Shown: positions 16,083-25,300 of the stretch, one piece after another
Numbering within the stretch: the first letter of the stretch is position 1
How the letters are laid out: each line of letters begins with the position of its first letter
NCBI GenBank assembly: GCA_964429475.1
Contig: CAYSCE010000003.1
Span: forward strand, 1-32,424
Origin: an uncultured Bacteroidaceae bacterium
GTDB lineage: Bacteria > Bacteroidota > Bacteroidia > Bacteroidales > DTU049
DNA: 32,424 bases
Direction: 5' to 3'
Notes under the pieces: generated by a model
The model's database searches: none
What the model was told of the DNA's origin: nothing
What the model saw: only the letters and a program-made list of their open reading frames with translations
Translations under genes and position numbers: made by a program

Positions 16083-17438
16083 ATGGCAAAGACCAAAACC
16101 GCCTTTGTCTGTCAGAGTTGCGGTTCTCAATATCCAAAATGGAACGGCAAATGTCCGGGGTGTGGCGAATGGAATACGCTGGTGGAAGAAGTTGTAGCCG
16201 CACAACCCGCTAAGCAAGCTGTTTTTGCAAAAGGAGAACTCCCAAAAAAGATTTCCGAAATTGAATATAATTCCGGCAAACGGCAGTCTCTGCTCAATGC
16301 CGAACTCGACCGCGTGCTGGGCGGTGGTGTGGTCGAAGGCTCCGTGATACTCATTGGTGGCGAGCCCGGTATCGGAAAATCAACGCTGATGCTGCAGGTA
16401 GCCGTTTCGCACCCCGATTTGAAAACTTTATATGTCTCGGGCGAGGAAAGTCTGTATCAGATAAAAATGCGCGCCGAACGTCTTGGTGTGAAAAACGACA
16501 ATACGTATCTCCTTTCAGAAACCGACACCCAGAGCGTGATTGCGGCCTGCGAAAAGCTGAAGCCCGATTGTCTGGTGGTCGATTCCATTCAAACCATGCA
16601 TACCGACCGCATTGAGTCTTCATCAGGAACGATCAGTCAGGTGCGTGAGTGTGCATCCGAATTGCAGCAATATTCGAAAAAAAGCGGCGTGCCCGTTTTT
16701 ATTATCGGCCACATTACCAAAGATGGCAGCATTGCCGGCCCGAAAATTCTGGAGCATATTGTTGATACGGTGCTTCAGTTCGAAGGCGACCGTCATCATG
16801 GATATAGAATTCTCCGGACGCTGAAAAACCGCTTCGGATCTGCTTCGGAGCTGGGAATATTTGAAATGACCGCAGGCGGTCTGCGCGAAGTCTCCAATCC
16901 CTCCGAAGTATTTTTATCGGATCGCGCCATCGATCTGCCCGGAACGGCCATTGCCACTACGATTGAAGGAGTAAGGCCCTTATTGCTCGAAATTCAGGCA
17001 TTGGTGAGCCCCAGTCCGTATGGCAATCCGCAACGCAGCGCCAATGGTTTCGATCAGCGCCGCATGTCGATGTTGTTGGCTGTACTCGAGAAACGAAGCG
17101 GTCTGCGCATGGGTGTCAACGATGTTTTTCTCAATGTCACCGGTGGCATCCGGGTCGATGATCCTGCAGTGGATCTGGCCGTAGTAAGCGCCCTGGCTTC
17201 GTCGTATCACGATATGATTATTGACAGCAAAACCTGCTTTGCCGCTGAGGTTGGACTCTCAGGCGAAATCAGGCCTGTAAACCGCATCGAACAACGTATT
17301 TCCGAAGCCGATAAACTGGGCTTTACACAAATAATTATTTCCGCTTCCAACAGCAAATCGCTGCCGCGAAAAGATTTTTCGGTCAAAATAAAACCGGTTT
17401 CGCGCCTGCAGGATGTATGGAAAATTATTTTCGGTTGA
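16083..17438 (+). CDS. radA: DNA repair protein RadA/Sms
   Basis: 451 aa. N-terminal zinc finger CQSCGSQYPKWNGKCPGCGEWNT, Walker A GGEPGIGKST, the KNRFG motif and a C-terminal Lon-protease-like domain. Confidence 0.97.
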   Translation: MAKTKTAFVCQSCGSQYPKWNGKCPGCGEWNTLVEEVVAAQPAKQAVFAKGELPKKISEIEYNSGKRQSLLNAELDRVLGGGVVEGSVILIGGEPGIGKSTLMLQVAVSHPDLKTLYVSGEESLYQIKMRAERLGVKNDNTYLLSETDTQSVIAACEKLKPDCLVVDSIQTMHTDRIESSSGTISQVRECASELQQYSKKSGVPVFIIGHITKDGSIAGPKILEHIVDTVLQFEGDRHHGYRILRTLKNRFGSASELGIFEMTAGGLREVSNPSEVFLSDRAIDLPGTAIATTIEGVRPLLLEIQALVSPSPYGNPQRSANGFDQRRMSMLLAVLEKRSGLRMGVNDVFLNVTGGIRVDDPAVDLAVVSALASSYHDMIIDSKTCFAAEVGLSGEIRPVNRIEQRISEADKLGFTQIIISASNSKSLPRKDFSVKIKPVSRLQDVWKIIFG

Positions 17439-17439
17439 T

Positions 17440-17447
17440 TACTTTTG
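17440..17447 (+). promoter_or_regulatory. possible -7 promoter box (TACTTTTG) immediately upstream of the MBL-fold gene
   Basis: Exact TAnnTTTG match starting 2 nt after the radA stop and ending 4 nt before ATG 17452. Confidence 0.35.
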
Positions 17448-17451
17448 CAGC

Positions 17452-18285
17452 ATGAAACTGATTCCTGTTATTACCGAAACCTGGAAGATAGATGCCGGCG
17501 TTGCTTTCGGCGTGATTCCGCAATCGATCTGGAGCCGCTTTTACAAAGCAGATGAACACAATTTAATTCCGATGGTCAACCGTTGTCTTCTCGTTGATAC
17601 CGGCTCGCGGCTGGTGTTGATTGAAACGGGTTTTGGCCATAAACGCGACGCCAAATATTATCAGTATAAATATATCAGCGAACGGACAACTTTGGCCGAT
17701 GGCATCCGAAAGGCTGGCTATGAGCCGTCTGCAGTGACTGATGTGATTTTTACACATCTGCATGATGATCATTGTGGTGGTGCTGTAAACCGCTCTGATG
17801 GCGGAGTTGCAGAAGTTGTATGTCCGAACGCAACACATTGGGTAAGCAAAAAGCAATGGGAATCGGCCATGAATCCCAATAAGCGCGAAGCCGCCGCATA
17901 TTTTTCCGACAATGTATTACCCTTATACGAGCAAGGTCTGATGCGGTTTGTAGAAGCTGAAGAAGAAATTATTCCCGGCATTTCGGTGCTGTTGCGCCAT
18001 GGTCATACCGCCGGACAAATGCTGCTGCTTATACACACCCCCGGGCGAAAATGGCTCTACACCGCCGATTTCATTCCATCCCTGACACACATTGCTCCGG
18101 TATGGGTTGCATCGGTCGATATCATGCCGATTCTGGCACTCGAAGAAAAAGAATCTTTTCTGTACAAAGCAGTAGAAGAAAACACCGGTTTGATTTTCGA
18201 ACACGATTATTTCAACGAGGCCGCATCGGTCGTGCAGAACATCAAAGGCTTTGAGGGAATTCCTGAACAGCTGGGCAGATATTAA
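17452..18285 (+). CDS. MBL-fold metallo-hydrolase
   Basis: The THLHDDHCGG (HxHxDH) motif and a downstream His (LLRHGHTAG). I prefer ATG 17452 (MKLIPVITE...) to ATG 17413, which overlaps the end of radA. Confidence 0.85.
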   Translation: MKLIPVITETWKIDAGVAFGVIPQSIWSRFYKADEHNLIPMVNRCLLVDTGSRLVLIETGFGHKRDAKYYQYKYISERTTLADGIRKAGYEPSAVTDVIFTHLHDDHCGGAVNRSDGGVAEVVCPNATHWVSKKQWESAMNPNKREAAAYFSDNVLPLYEQGLMRFVEAEEEIIPGISVLLRHGHTAGQMLLLIHTPGRKWLYTADFIPSLTHIAPVWVASVDIMPILALEEKESFLYKAVEENTGLIFEHDYFNEAASVVQNIKGFEGIPEQLGRY

Positions 18286-18300
18286 GTCGCATCTACATCA

Positions 18301-18326
18301 GTGAGCAGTGATCGGTGAGCAGTGAG
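18301..18326. repeat. direct repeat gtgagcagtga x2 (15-bp period), with a third partial copy at 18522-18531
   Basis: gtgagcagtga occurs at 18301-18311 and 18316-18326. gagcagtga recurs at 18523-18531. Confidence 0.75.
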
Positions 18327-18335
18327 CCGTTTATT

Positions 18336-18377
18336 GGTTAACGGTTATCGGTTAACGGTTATCGGTTAACGGGAATC
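18336..18377. repeat. 14-bp tandem repeat x3 (ggttaacggttatc)
   Basis: Units at 18336-18349 and 18350-18363 are identical. The unit at 18364-18377 is ggttaacgggaatc. Each unit contains the GTTAAC palindrome. Confidence 0.85.
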
Positions 18378-18446
18378 GGAGTCCAACGAGCTATTGCTGA
18401 AATTTTCAACGCCGCCTTTTAACACTTCGGCAAGCTCAGTGCAGCG

Positions 18447-18614
18447 CTTTATACTTTATAACTTGATGACTTGAGAAGCTTTGCGCCCTGTGCGTCTGCA
18501 AGTGCCGACCGCAGCGTCGGTATGAGCAGTGAACTCTGTTTATGCTGTTATTCTATCAAATCACCTTTATAAACTTTATAAACTTGATGACTTTGAACTC
18601 GCGAAGCGTTGCGC
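18447..18614. repeat. two imperfect direct copies of a 40-50-bp unit (ctttata(a)actttata(a)acttgatgactt...aagcKttgcgc)
   Basis: Copy A is 18447-18486 and copy B is 18565-18614, which touches the stop codon of the 18614..19192 gene. A small hairpin ccgac-cgcagc-gtcgg (18505-18520) lies between them. Confidence 0.6.
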
Positions 18615-19192
18615 TACAAGTCAAATTTATACCCAATTCCAACGCCGCCGCTGAAGCCGAGTCCGTATGTTTCGAGCATGGTAAGCGACGTGTAAGCCGA
18701 TACACAAAACCGATCGCTCATATGAATGCGGCCCGCAATACCTGCATCGCCGCTGAGACGGAATTTCAATGTGTTGTTTTCCGGCGTGAGATAATATTCG
18801 CAGGAGTTCAGATCGATATACGGAGACAATTCAAATTCATCGGACAATTGAATATCGAAAGAAACGCCTTCGGGCGCAATCATCAGCAATATACCCAGTG
18901 TATTCAGAAAACTGCCACCACTGCCGATTCCAGCCACAAATAAAAGACCTCCGACCGGTAGTGTTAACGGCGTATGCATATAAAATTTCTTATTGCCGCG
19001 TATGCCAAAACCCAGCTCGTAGCGCAGATTCCAGTGATCGTTTAATGCCACCTCGAATGTTGGATTTATGGAATAGGCATGAAAATTATCGACCTGAATG
19101 GTGTTTGCCGACAGGGTGAGGCGCGATTCATCCTGCGCCTGTAGCGCAATGGTAGTGCTGAAGAGCAAAACAAGTAGTACCAGTTTTTTCAT
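18614..19192 (-). CDS. small outer-membrane beta-barrel protein (hypothetical)
   Basis: 192 aa. Signal peptide MKKLVLLVLLFSTTIALQAQ, alternating amphipathic beta-strand pattern, and a C-terminal GVGIGYKFDL typical of OM barrels. Confidence 0.65.
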   Translation of the reverse strand: MKKLVLLVLLFSTTIALQAQDESRLTLSANTIQVDNFHAYSINPTFEVALNDHWNLRYELGFGIRGNKKFYMHTPLTLPVGGLLFVAGIGSGGSFLNTLGILLMIAPEGVSFDIQLSDEFELSPYIDLNSCEYYLTPENNTLKFRLSGDAGIAGRIHMSDRFCVSAYTSLTMLETYGLGFSGGVGIGYKFDL

Positions 19193-19235
19193 TGCAGAAA
19201 AGTTTATGCAATGTAGTAATAAATTCCGGAATCAG

Positions 19236-19338
19236 CATCATCCACCCAGGGTCATCCTGATGAAGATCAGTATCTGCGGTGGATGATGAGCCACGTCTGG
19301 TAGATCCTGAAACTAGTTCAGGATGACACCAGACGTGG
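19236..19338. repeat. compound palindromic element between two co-directional OMP genes
   Basis: Hairpin 1: 19236-19246 (catcatccacc) pairs with 19278-19288 (ggtggatgatg). Hairpin 2: 19291-19300 (ccacgtctgg) pairs with 19329-19338 (ccagacgtgg), enclosing 19304-19311 (atcctgaa) paired with 19317-19324 (ttcaggat). An alternative 10-bp pairing joins 19251-19260 (gtcatcctga) to 19318-19327 (tcaggatgac). Confidence 0.65.
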
Positions 19339-19377
19339 TGGTGATACACAGTACCATCAATTCAGTAAATTCACCGT

Positions 19378-20628
19378 CTAATTTCCAAACCGCGGATTCA
19401 CAACAGTGTTGTAGATTGATCCAAACGTATAACTGAGTCCCAGACTTACATAATACGAATACTGCGTTTGCATCTGTCGTTGCTGCAGCAATAATTCTTC
19501 CTGTGTTACATCGCCTTTGGGCAGTGCAAGCTGATTGTGAATCATGTTGTAATAGGCAAACACCGAGAGCTCGAGCCCTTTGAACAAGCGGAAAGAAGTA
19601 TTCAGATAAAAATCGATGCTGTTTTTCGACAGATCGTGCAGATATGTATTGCCGGTCACCGAACCACTCAGGCTGCCCCATTTCTGGACAATTTCGGCCG
19701 CAACGCCCAGTGACTGCGAAAATAAAAGTTCTTCTGTCTTATTGTAAATGGTGGTGTCGAAATACTTGTTGTAATCAGGACCGATGGTATACACGCATCT
19801 TACCTGCCGCGTTGTTGCTTCTTTGTAGGGGAAAATATTATATTCAATGGCAGGACTGAGCGATGTTGAAAAATTGATATTGCTGTAGGTCGATGACCTG
19901 GCCGAGCCAAACAAACCCCATGACCAGTGATCGGACAGGGCCAGTATATAATCGGCCGAACTATATATGCTGCGGTTAATGGAGCGATAATAATAATCGA
20001 TTTCTTCGTACGAATAGCTCGATTCGCTGTAGCTGTTGCCAAACGAAATATCGGTTTTCCATTCCGGCATCACTTTGTACACGCTGATGGAATTGTAGCT
20101 TGAAAGCGACTTATACGATTTTTCGCCGTTGATATAAAAATTTCCGCTGATGCTGGTCACCCAGTTGTTCCACTTGTCTTTTGGCGGAGCGGCTGTGTCA
20201 GGTTCGCTATACGCAATGGTGATCATTTTTGCCGCATCGGTTTTCAATACGTAACGCATCAGTCCCAGCTTGAATGTGGAAATATAATTATCGCGGATCA
20301 TTTCTTCGGTTGCATCGGAAGGAACAGAAAATGTAAGCGTGTCATCTTCGCCTTTAAACTCTTTCAATCCGTAAAACATAATGCTGTACCGGGCGCCCCC
20401 CGAACCATTGGTTTCGGAAGTCATAATAATTTGTACCTGAGCTTCGGTGCGGTCGCGCACATTGTTTACAAATCCGATTTCGTTTTTGATATAATCAAGA
20501 TCACAGTACGGACAATCATAGAAAACAGCAATTTTTCTGGATGTGTTTTCAGCAGTTTGTTTGGGTAATGTCTGCGCTGAAATTGCATTACAAATACATG
20601 CAGCAATCAGGATGAGGATGATTTTCAT
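19378..20628 (-). CDS. outer-membrane protein: N-terminal soluble domain + Tyr/Ser-rich C-terminal beta-barrel (hypothetical)
   Basis: The start is moved to ATG 20628 (MKIILILIAACICNAISAQ signal peptide). The C-terminal two-thirds have an alternating aromatic/polar strand pattern ending YTFGSIYNTVVNPRFGN. Confidence 0.7.
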   Translation of the reverse strand: MKIILILIAACICNAISAQTLPKQTAENTSRKIAVFYDCPYCDLDYIKNEIGFVNNVRDRTEAQVQIIMTSETNGSGGARYSIMFYGLKEFKGEDDTLTFSVPSDATEEMIRDNYISTFKLGLMRYVLKTDAAKMITIAYSEPDTAAPPKDKWNNWVTSISGNFYINGEKSYKSLSSYNSISVYKVMPEWKTDISFGNSYSESSYSYEEIDYYYRSINRSIYSSADYILALSDHWSWGLFGSARSSTYSNINFSTSLSPAIEYNIFPYKEATTRQVRCVYTIGPDYNKYFDTTIYNKTEELLFSQSLGVAAEIVQKWGSLSGSVTGNTYLHDLSKNSIDFYLNTSFRLFKGLELSVFAYYNMIHNQLALPKGDVTQEELLLQQRQMQTQYSYYVSLGLSYTFGSIYNTVVNPRFGN

Positions 20629-20750
20629 ACAAGTACGGATTGATAACATACAAAACCTGATTTGCAAATCAAATATTGTATGTACTTAATGAGAAAAAAC
20701 AAAAATATTACAGTGAAAAGAGAATATTGTTTTCCAAAAGTGCTTCAACG

Positions 20751-21569
20751 TTAATCAATAGCATCCAGAAGCTTGTTCAGCAAACGGCTTGCACCATAGC
20801 GGAACATATGATTGTTGAGCCATTCCTCGCCGTTGATGTGCTTAACCAGCTTCCAGAATTGAACAGCAGTTTCGGGATCGCTGATGCCGCCGGCAGGTTT
20901 AAAGCCGGTTTTCTTTCCTGTTTTTGAATAAAATTCCTGAATGGCGGTCAGCATCACATAGGCGGCTTCGAGTGTGGCAGCGGGTTGTATTTTCCCGGTC
21001 GATGTTTTAATAAAATCGGCGCCGGCCTCCATCGAAATCATGGATGCTTCGTAAATCAGGTTTGGATCAAGCAATTCGCCTGTTTCGAGTATTACTTTCA
21101 GATGTGCATTTCCGCAAGCTGCTTTATGTTTCGAAACTTCTTCGCGCAGAAAATCGCGTTCGCCGGCCAGAAAGCGGCCACGCGAAATTACCATATCGAT
21201 TTCATCTGCACCTTGTTCCACTGCGTAACGAACTTCGGCAAGCCGCACATCAAGCGGGCTTTGGCCCGAAGGGAATGCTCCGGCTACAGCAGCCACGTTG
21301 ATGTTTTTTCCGGCAAGCGCTTCGCGTGCGGTCTTCACAAAAACCGGATACACACATACAGCTGCAACGGTTGGAATGCGGCGTTCGGCGTTTTCGATGC
21401 TATAAGCAGTATGACAAAGCTGACGCACTTTTTCATCATGATCGTTGCCTTCAAGTGTGGTCAGATCGATATGATTGATAATACGACGATAAGTTTCAGC
21501 AGCATCAACCTGTGTTGAATTCAGAATCTGCTGAATGGCTTGTTGAACCGATTCGTTTGTGAATGTCAT
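20751..21569 (-). CDS. deoC: deoxyribose-phosphate aldolase (long, E. coli-type)
   Basis: 272 aa. It aligns by eye with E. coli DeoC: IDLTTLEG..DE, LKVILETGEL, the active-site GADFIKTSTGK, GFKPAGGI and FRYGASRLL. Confidence 0.93.
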   Translation of the reverse strand: MTFTNESVQQAIQQILNSTQVDAAETYRRIINHIDLTTLEGNDHDEKVRQLCHTAYSIENAERRIPTVAAVCVYPVFVKTAREALAGKNINVAAVAGAFPSGQSPLDVRLAEVRYAVEQGADEIDMVISRGRFLAGERDFLREEVSKHKAACGNAHLKVILETGELLDPNLIYEASMISMEAGADFIKTSTGKIQPAATLEAAYVMLTAIQEFYSKTGKKTGFKPAGGISDPETAVQFWKLVKHINGEEWLNNHMFRYGASRLLNKLLDAID

Positions 21570-21596
21570 ATCCCTGGTGTTTATAATTAATAAAAC

Positions 21597-22337
21597 TTAG
21601 CCCGACACCTTTCGGTTATAGTCGCGCGGATTGATAAACGGAATGTTGAAATTGCCGATCATTTTCTGAACAAAATCGCCCGAAGCGTTGAGCCAGTTAT
21701 GACGGAGCGCTTTCTGCAACACAGGCTCTGTCAGGGCTTCGAAGCGATAACCCCGCGAAGAAAAATGCTCCAGTGTTCTGGGTAAGGCATATTTTATTCG
21801 TGGAATGGCTTTAATATTTTCGTGAAAAACCACAATGGATCCGGGTTTCGAAAATTTCAGCACGTTATTCAAACAACGGGCAGGGGTGGTGTTGCGGTCG
21901 AAATCATAACTCAGCACCGTCCACAATACAATGTAGGCCTGGTTTTTCAGACGATTGATCTGCCAGGGTGTAATGTGTCCGTAGGGTGGTCTGAATAAAT
22001 TACTGTCAATACAATCAAAACCTTTCGACACATTTTGTTCGTATTCTTCGGAGGTTTTTTTCCAGCCATCGAAATGATTGAAAGTATGATTGCCAATGGC
22101 GTGGCCATGACTCTGCACCTGTTTGATCAGATGCGGATGTTTGCGCACATTATCACCGACGCAGAAAAAAGTAGCTTTCGCATTGTATTGCGCAAGCGTC
22201 TCCAGCACAAATGGTGTGAGTTCGGGAATAGGTCCGTCGTCAAAAGTCAGATATATTATTTTCTCAGCACCCGGAATCCGCCATATGCAGTTCCGGGTGT
22301 TGAGATCTTTAATTATGTAAGGTCTGACGACGTACAT
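21597..22337 (-). CDS. polysaccharide deacetylase family protein (NodB homology domain, CE4)
   Basis: 246 aa with NodB motifs LTFDDGP, HGHAIGNHTFNH and FRPPYG. Confidence 0.9.
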   Translation of the reverse strand: MYVVRPYIIKDLNTRNCIWRIPGAEKIIYLTFDDGPIPELTPFVLETLAQYNAKATFFCVGDNVRKHPHLIKQVQSHGHAIGNHTFNHFDGWKKTSEEYEQNVSKGFDCIDSNLFRPPYGHITPWQINRLKNQAYIVLWTVLSYDFDRNTTPARCLNNVLKFSKPGSIVVFHENIKAIPRIKYALPRTLEHFSSRGYRFEALTEPVLQKALRHNWLNASGDFVQKMIGNFNIPFINPRDYNRKVSG

Positions 22338-22340
22338 ACA

Positions 22341-25300
22341 TTATTCTTTCGGCATGCCGTACATCAGGTCAAGCTCTTTCTGGTATTTTGCAGCGACCTT
22401 ATCGACTCTTTCTTTCAGTTTTGCATCGTCAATTAACTGATAGGTTATCTGACCTATCATATACAGATTTTGCAGATTCGTTCTCAGGAGTTCGCTGTAT
22501 TGTTCCATGTTTTGCTCGTTCACCTGAACGGTTCCGAGATATTCAAGTGTTTTTTCAACCTCGGTCAATGCGTCTGAAATATATGCGTTTCCTTTTGTCT
22601 TAAGCGATGCATCCTTTGTTGCTTTACCTTGTTTCAGATACAGCTGGGCAACGCCAATTTTTTCCTGTGCGGGAAGTAATTCAGCAATGGCCTGCCGGTA
22701 CATGGTGAAAACCGGTTCAATTTTCTGACACAGGGCCGGGACCTGATCGCCGTTCTGATAAGCCGTTTTCCATAAGAAGAACAAGCTGCGTACTGCATCC
22801 TGATATTCCTTTTCCATTTGCTTTGCCTGTTTTTTACTCATCGAACCGTAAAAGTTCAGTTCGGCTGAAACAAGCTCAGTCATGCGTGAAAGAATCGCCT
22901 CCGCTTTTTTGTTTTCTTTGGTTTGGAAATACATATCGGCCATCTGAATCATTATCTGACCACTGGATGAATTTCCGATACCGGCCCAGGGAACCGATTT
23001 CTCGGGAAGGACTTCCATACATTTGTTCATTACCTGTATTGCTTTTGCACGATTTCCTTCTTTCAACAATGCGTCGGCAAGATTGATAAAACTGTATTTT
23101 AATGTCATGCACATGCGTATATTGGTTTCATCCAGATACACACCTTCACCTGCCAGATTGCCCCATTTGAATTTGTTCATCAGGTTATCGAACATCACCG
23201 GAGTATTGATGAGCGTATTTCCGGTTTTCACAGGAACGAGCCTGTACACAAAACCTTCCATCGACAGATAGTCTTCCAGTCCAATGTAAGCATCAGGTCC
23301 GGCAGTGGTGGCAAAACAGATGGGCCGCTCCCAGTTGTTGTGCGCCAGAATATCCAGCACAAACAAAGTGTTCTTGTTCATAAACTGGTCGGGAAGTGTC
23401 CAGGTTAAACTGTCAACTACATTGTTTCTCCATTGAGCCGGAACGGTTCCATTGCTAACCACTTTTTGTGAATCAACCGGGATAACAAATGTATTGGTCG
23501 GGAAAAAATTATAGGCTTTATAATTCGGGTGCTGAAGTTTTTCCGGAGTTTTATGAATAATATCAAACAATACATTCAGACTGACCGGTTTGGTGTACAT
23601 GGCCTGAATTGCAGGGTCTACATTTAATATCCATTTGTATTGCTGCAGGATATTATTGAGTTGCTGACTCTGCTCGGGTGTGAGATTCGGATCATTCTGC
23701 CGTTCAATGGCGGTTTGTACATAGCTCAGTAAAGTAGGTGTTATGAGCTCAACCGCATCGCGGGTGCCCTGCCGGTACTGCAAATGATTCATGGATATGG
23801 GTGCCGGTTTGGCATCATACACGGCGCGTTTCATCTGATCGGCATACCAGTCGGTGTTGAACAGCGACAGGTTAATGACTCTGACATCGGTACGATATCC
23901 TTCAACTTCCTGTACATACCAAAGCGGGAATGTATCGTTATCGCCGTTGGTAAACAATATGGCATTGGGCGGACACGAGGCCAGATAATTCATGGCAAAA
24001 TCGCGCGCCGTATACCGGTCGCTGCGGTCATGATCATCCCATCCTTCTGAGGCCATAATGCCGGGAACAAGTAACACGGCAATCAGCGTTGCTGCAAATG
24101 GAGCAACAATGTCCGCTTTGGTGAAACCCGGAATTTTCTGAAGACCTTTTCTGATCAGTTCAATCAAACCAATGACTCCAAGCCCGATCCAGATGGCAAA
24201 GGCGTAAAAACTGCCCGCATAGGCATAATCACGCTCGCGGGGCTGATTCGGATACTGGTTCAGATACACCACAATGGCAAGGCCGGTCATAACAAACAGC
24301 AGGGTTACAATCAGCATATCGCGCGAATGCCTGTTCAGATGGAAAAATAATCCAACCAATCCAAGAATAAGCGGCAGGAAGTAAAATGCATTACGGCCGC
24401 GGTTGCTTTTCATATGATCCGGAACCTGCGACTGGTCGCCGTTGTGAAGGTTGTCAATAAACGGAATACCACTATGCCAGTTGCCTTCGGTAGGTCCGCC
24501 GGATCCCTGAATGTCGTTCTGTCGTCCGACAAAGTTCCAGAAGAAATACCGGAAATACATGTGTCCCAGCTGGTAAGTGCCAAAAAATGTCAGATTTTGT
24601 CCAAAAGTAGGTGGATTTTTAGCCCTCGAACGATCGTATTTTGTCTGACCGTTTTCGTCAATATAACTTTGGTATACCTTGCCTTCGTCAATACCGGCCC
24701 AATTGAGGTAAATATTGATGTGGCCGTTGTCCATGCTCCACATACGGGGAAAAAAGGTCGTATACTTGCTTTTGTACGTAGGACGTGTATTTTCACGACT
24801 GTCGGTCAGAATATATTTACCCTGTTCAACATCTTTTTCATACACCGGTGACTGGTCTTTAAATTTCGATTGTTCTTCGCGTTCGTTGCCGGCATTGAAA
24901 TAAGGTCCGGTAATGAGCGGAGTCTCACCATACTGTTCGCGGTTCAGATACGACAGCAGGCTGATGGCATCTTTCGGTGCATTTTCATTGATGGGGGTAC
25001 CTGCATTGGAACGGATAATGAGGATAAAGAATGTGGAATATCCGATCAGCAGAAAAGTAAATGAAAGAATAATGGTATTCAGAATCACTTTGCCTTTGCG
25101 GATCGTATACCGGATACCCCAGATGATTAAACCGATAATCAGTGCAAAATAAATGATGGTGCCGCTGTTGAACGGTAGTCCGGCAGAGTTGATGAAGAAT
25201 AGTTCAAAATGCCCGGCAAGCCAGATGATGCGCGGAATAAGAATATAGAACAGAAATGCGAGAAGTACAATGGAAAACGTCAGCGCATAAAACACGCCTT

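Noticed and set aside
18336-18377. Tandem 14-bp repeats as a possible CRISPR array
   Set aside because: The units are directly adjacent with no spacers, there are only three copies, the unit is far shorter than CRISPR repeats, and there are no cas genes in the window.
18542-19349. Track ORFs 18542..18943(+), 19128..19349(-) and 19313..19681(-) spanning the repeat or palindromic intergenic regions
   Set aside because: Their translations are dictated by the repeats (for example ITFINFINLMTL, HPELVSGS). They overlap better-supported OMP genes on the other strand or in another frame, and they lack start-context support.
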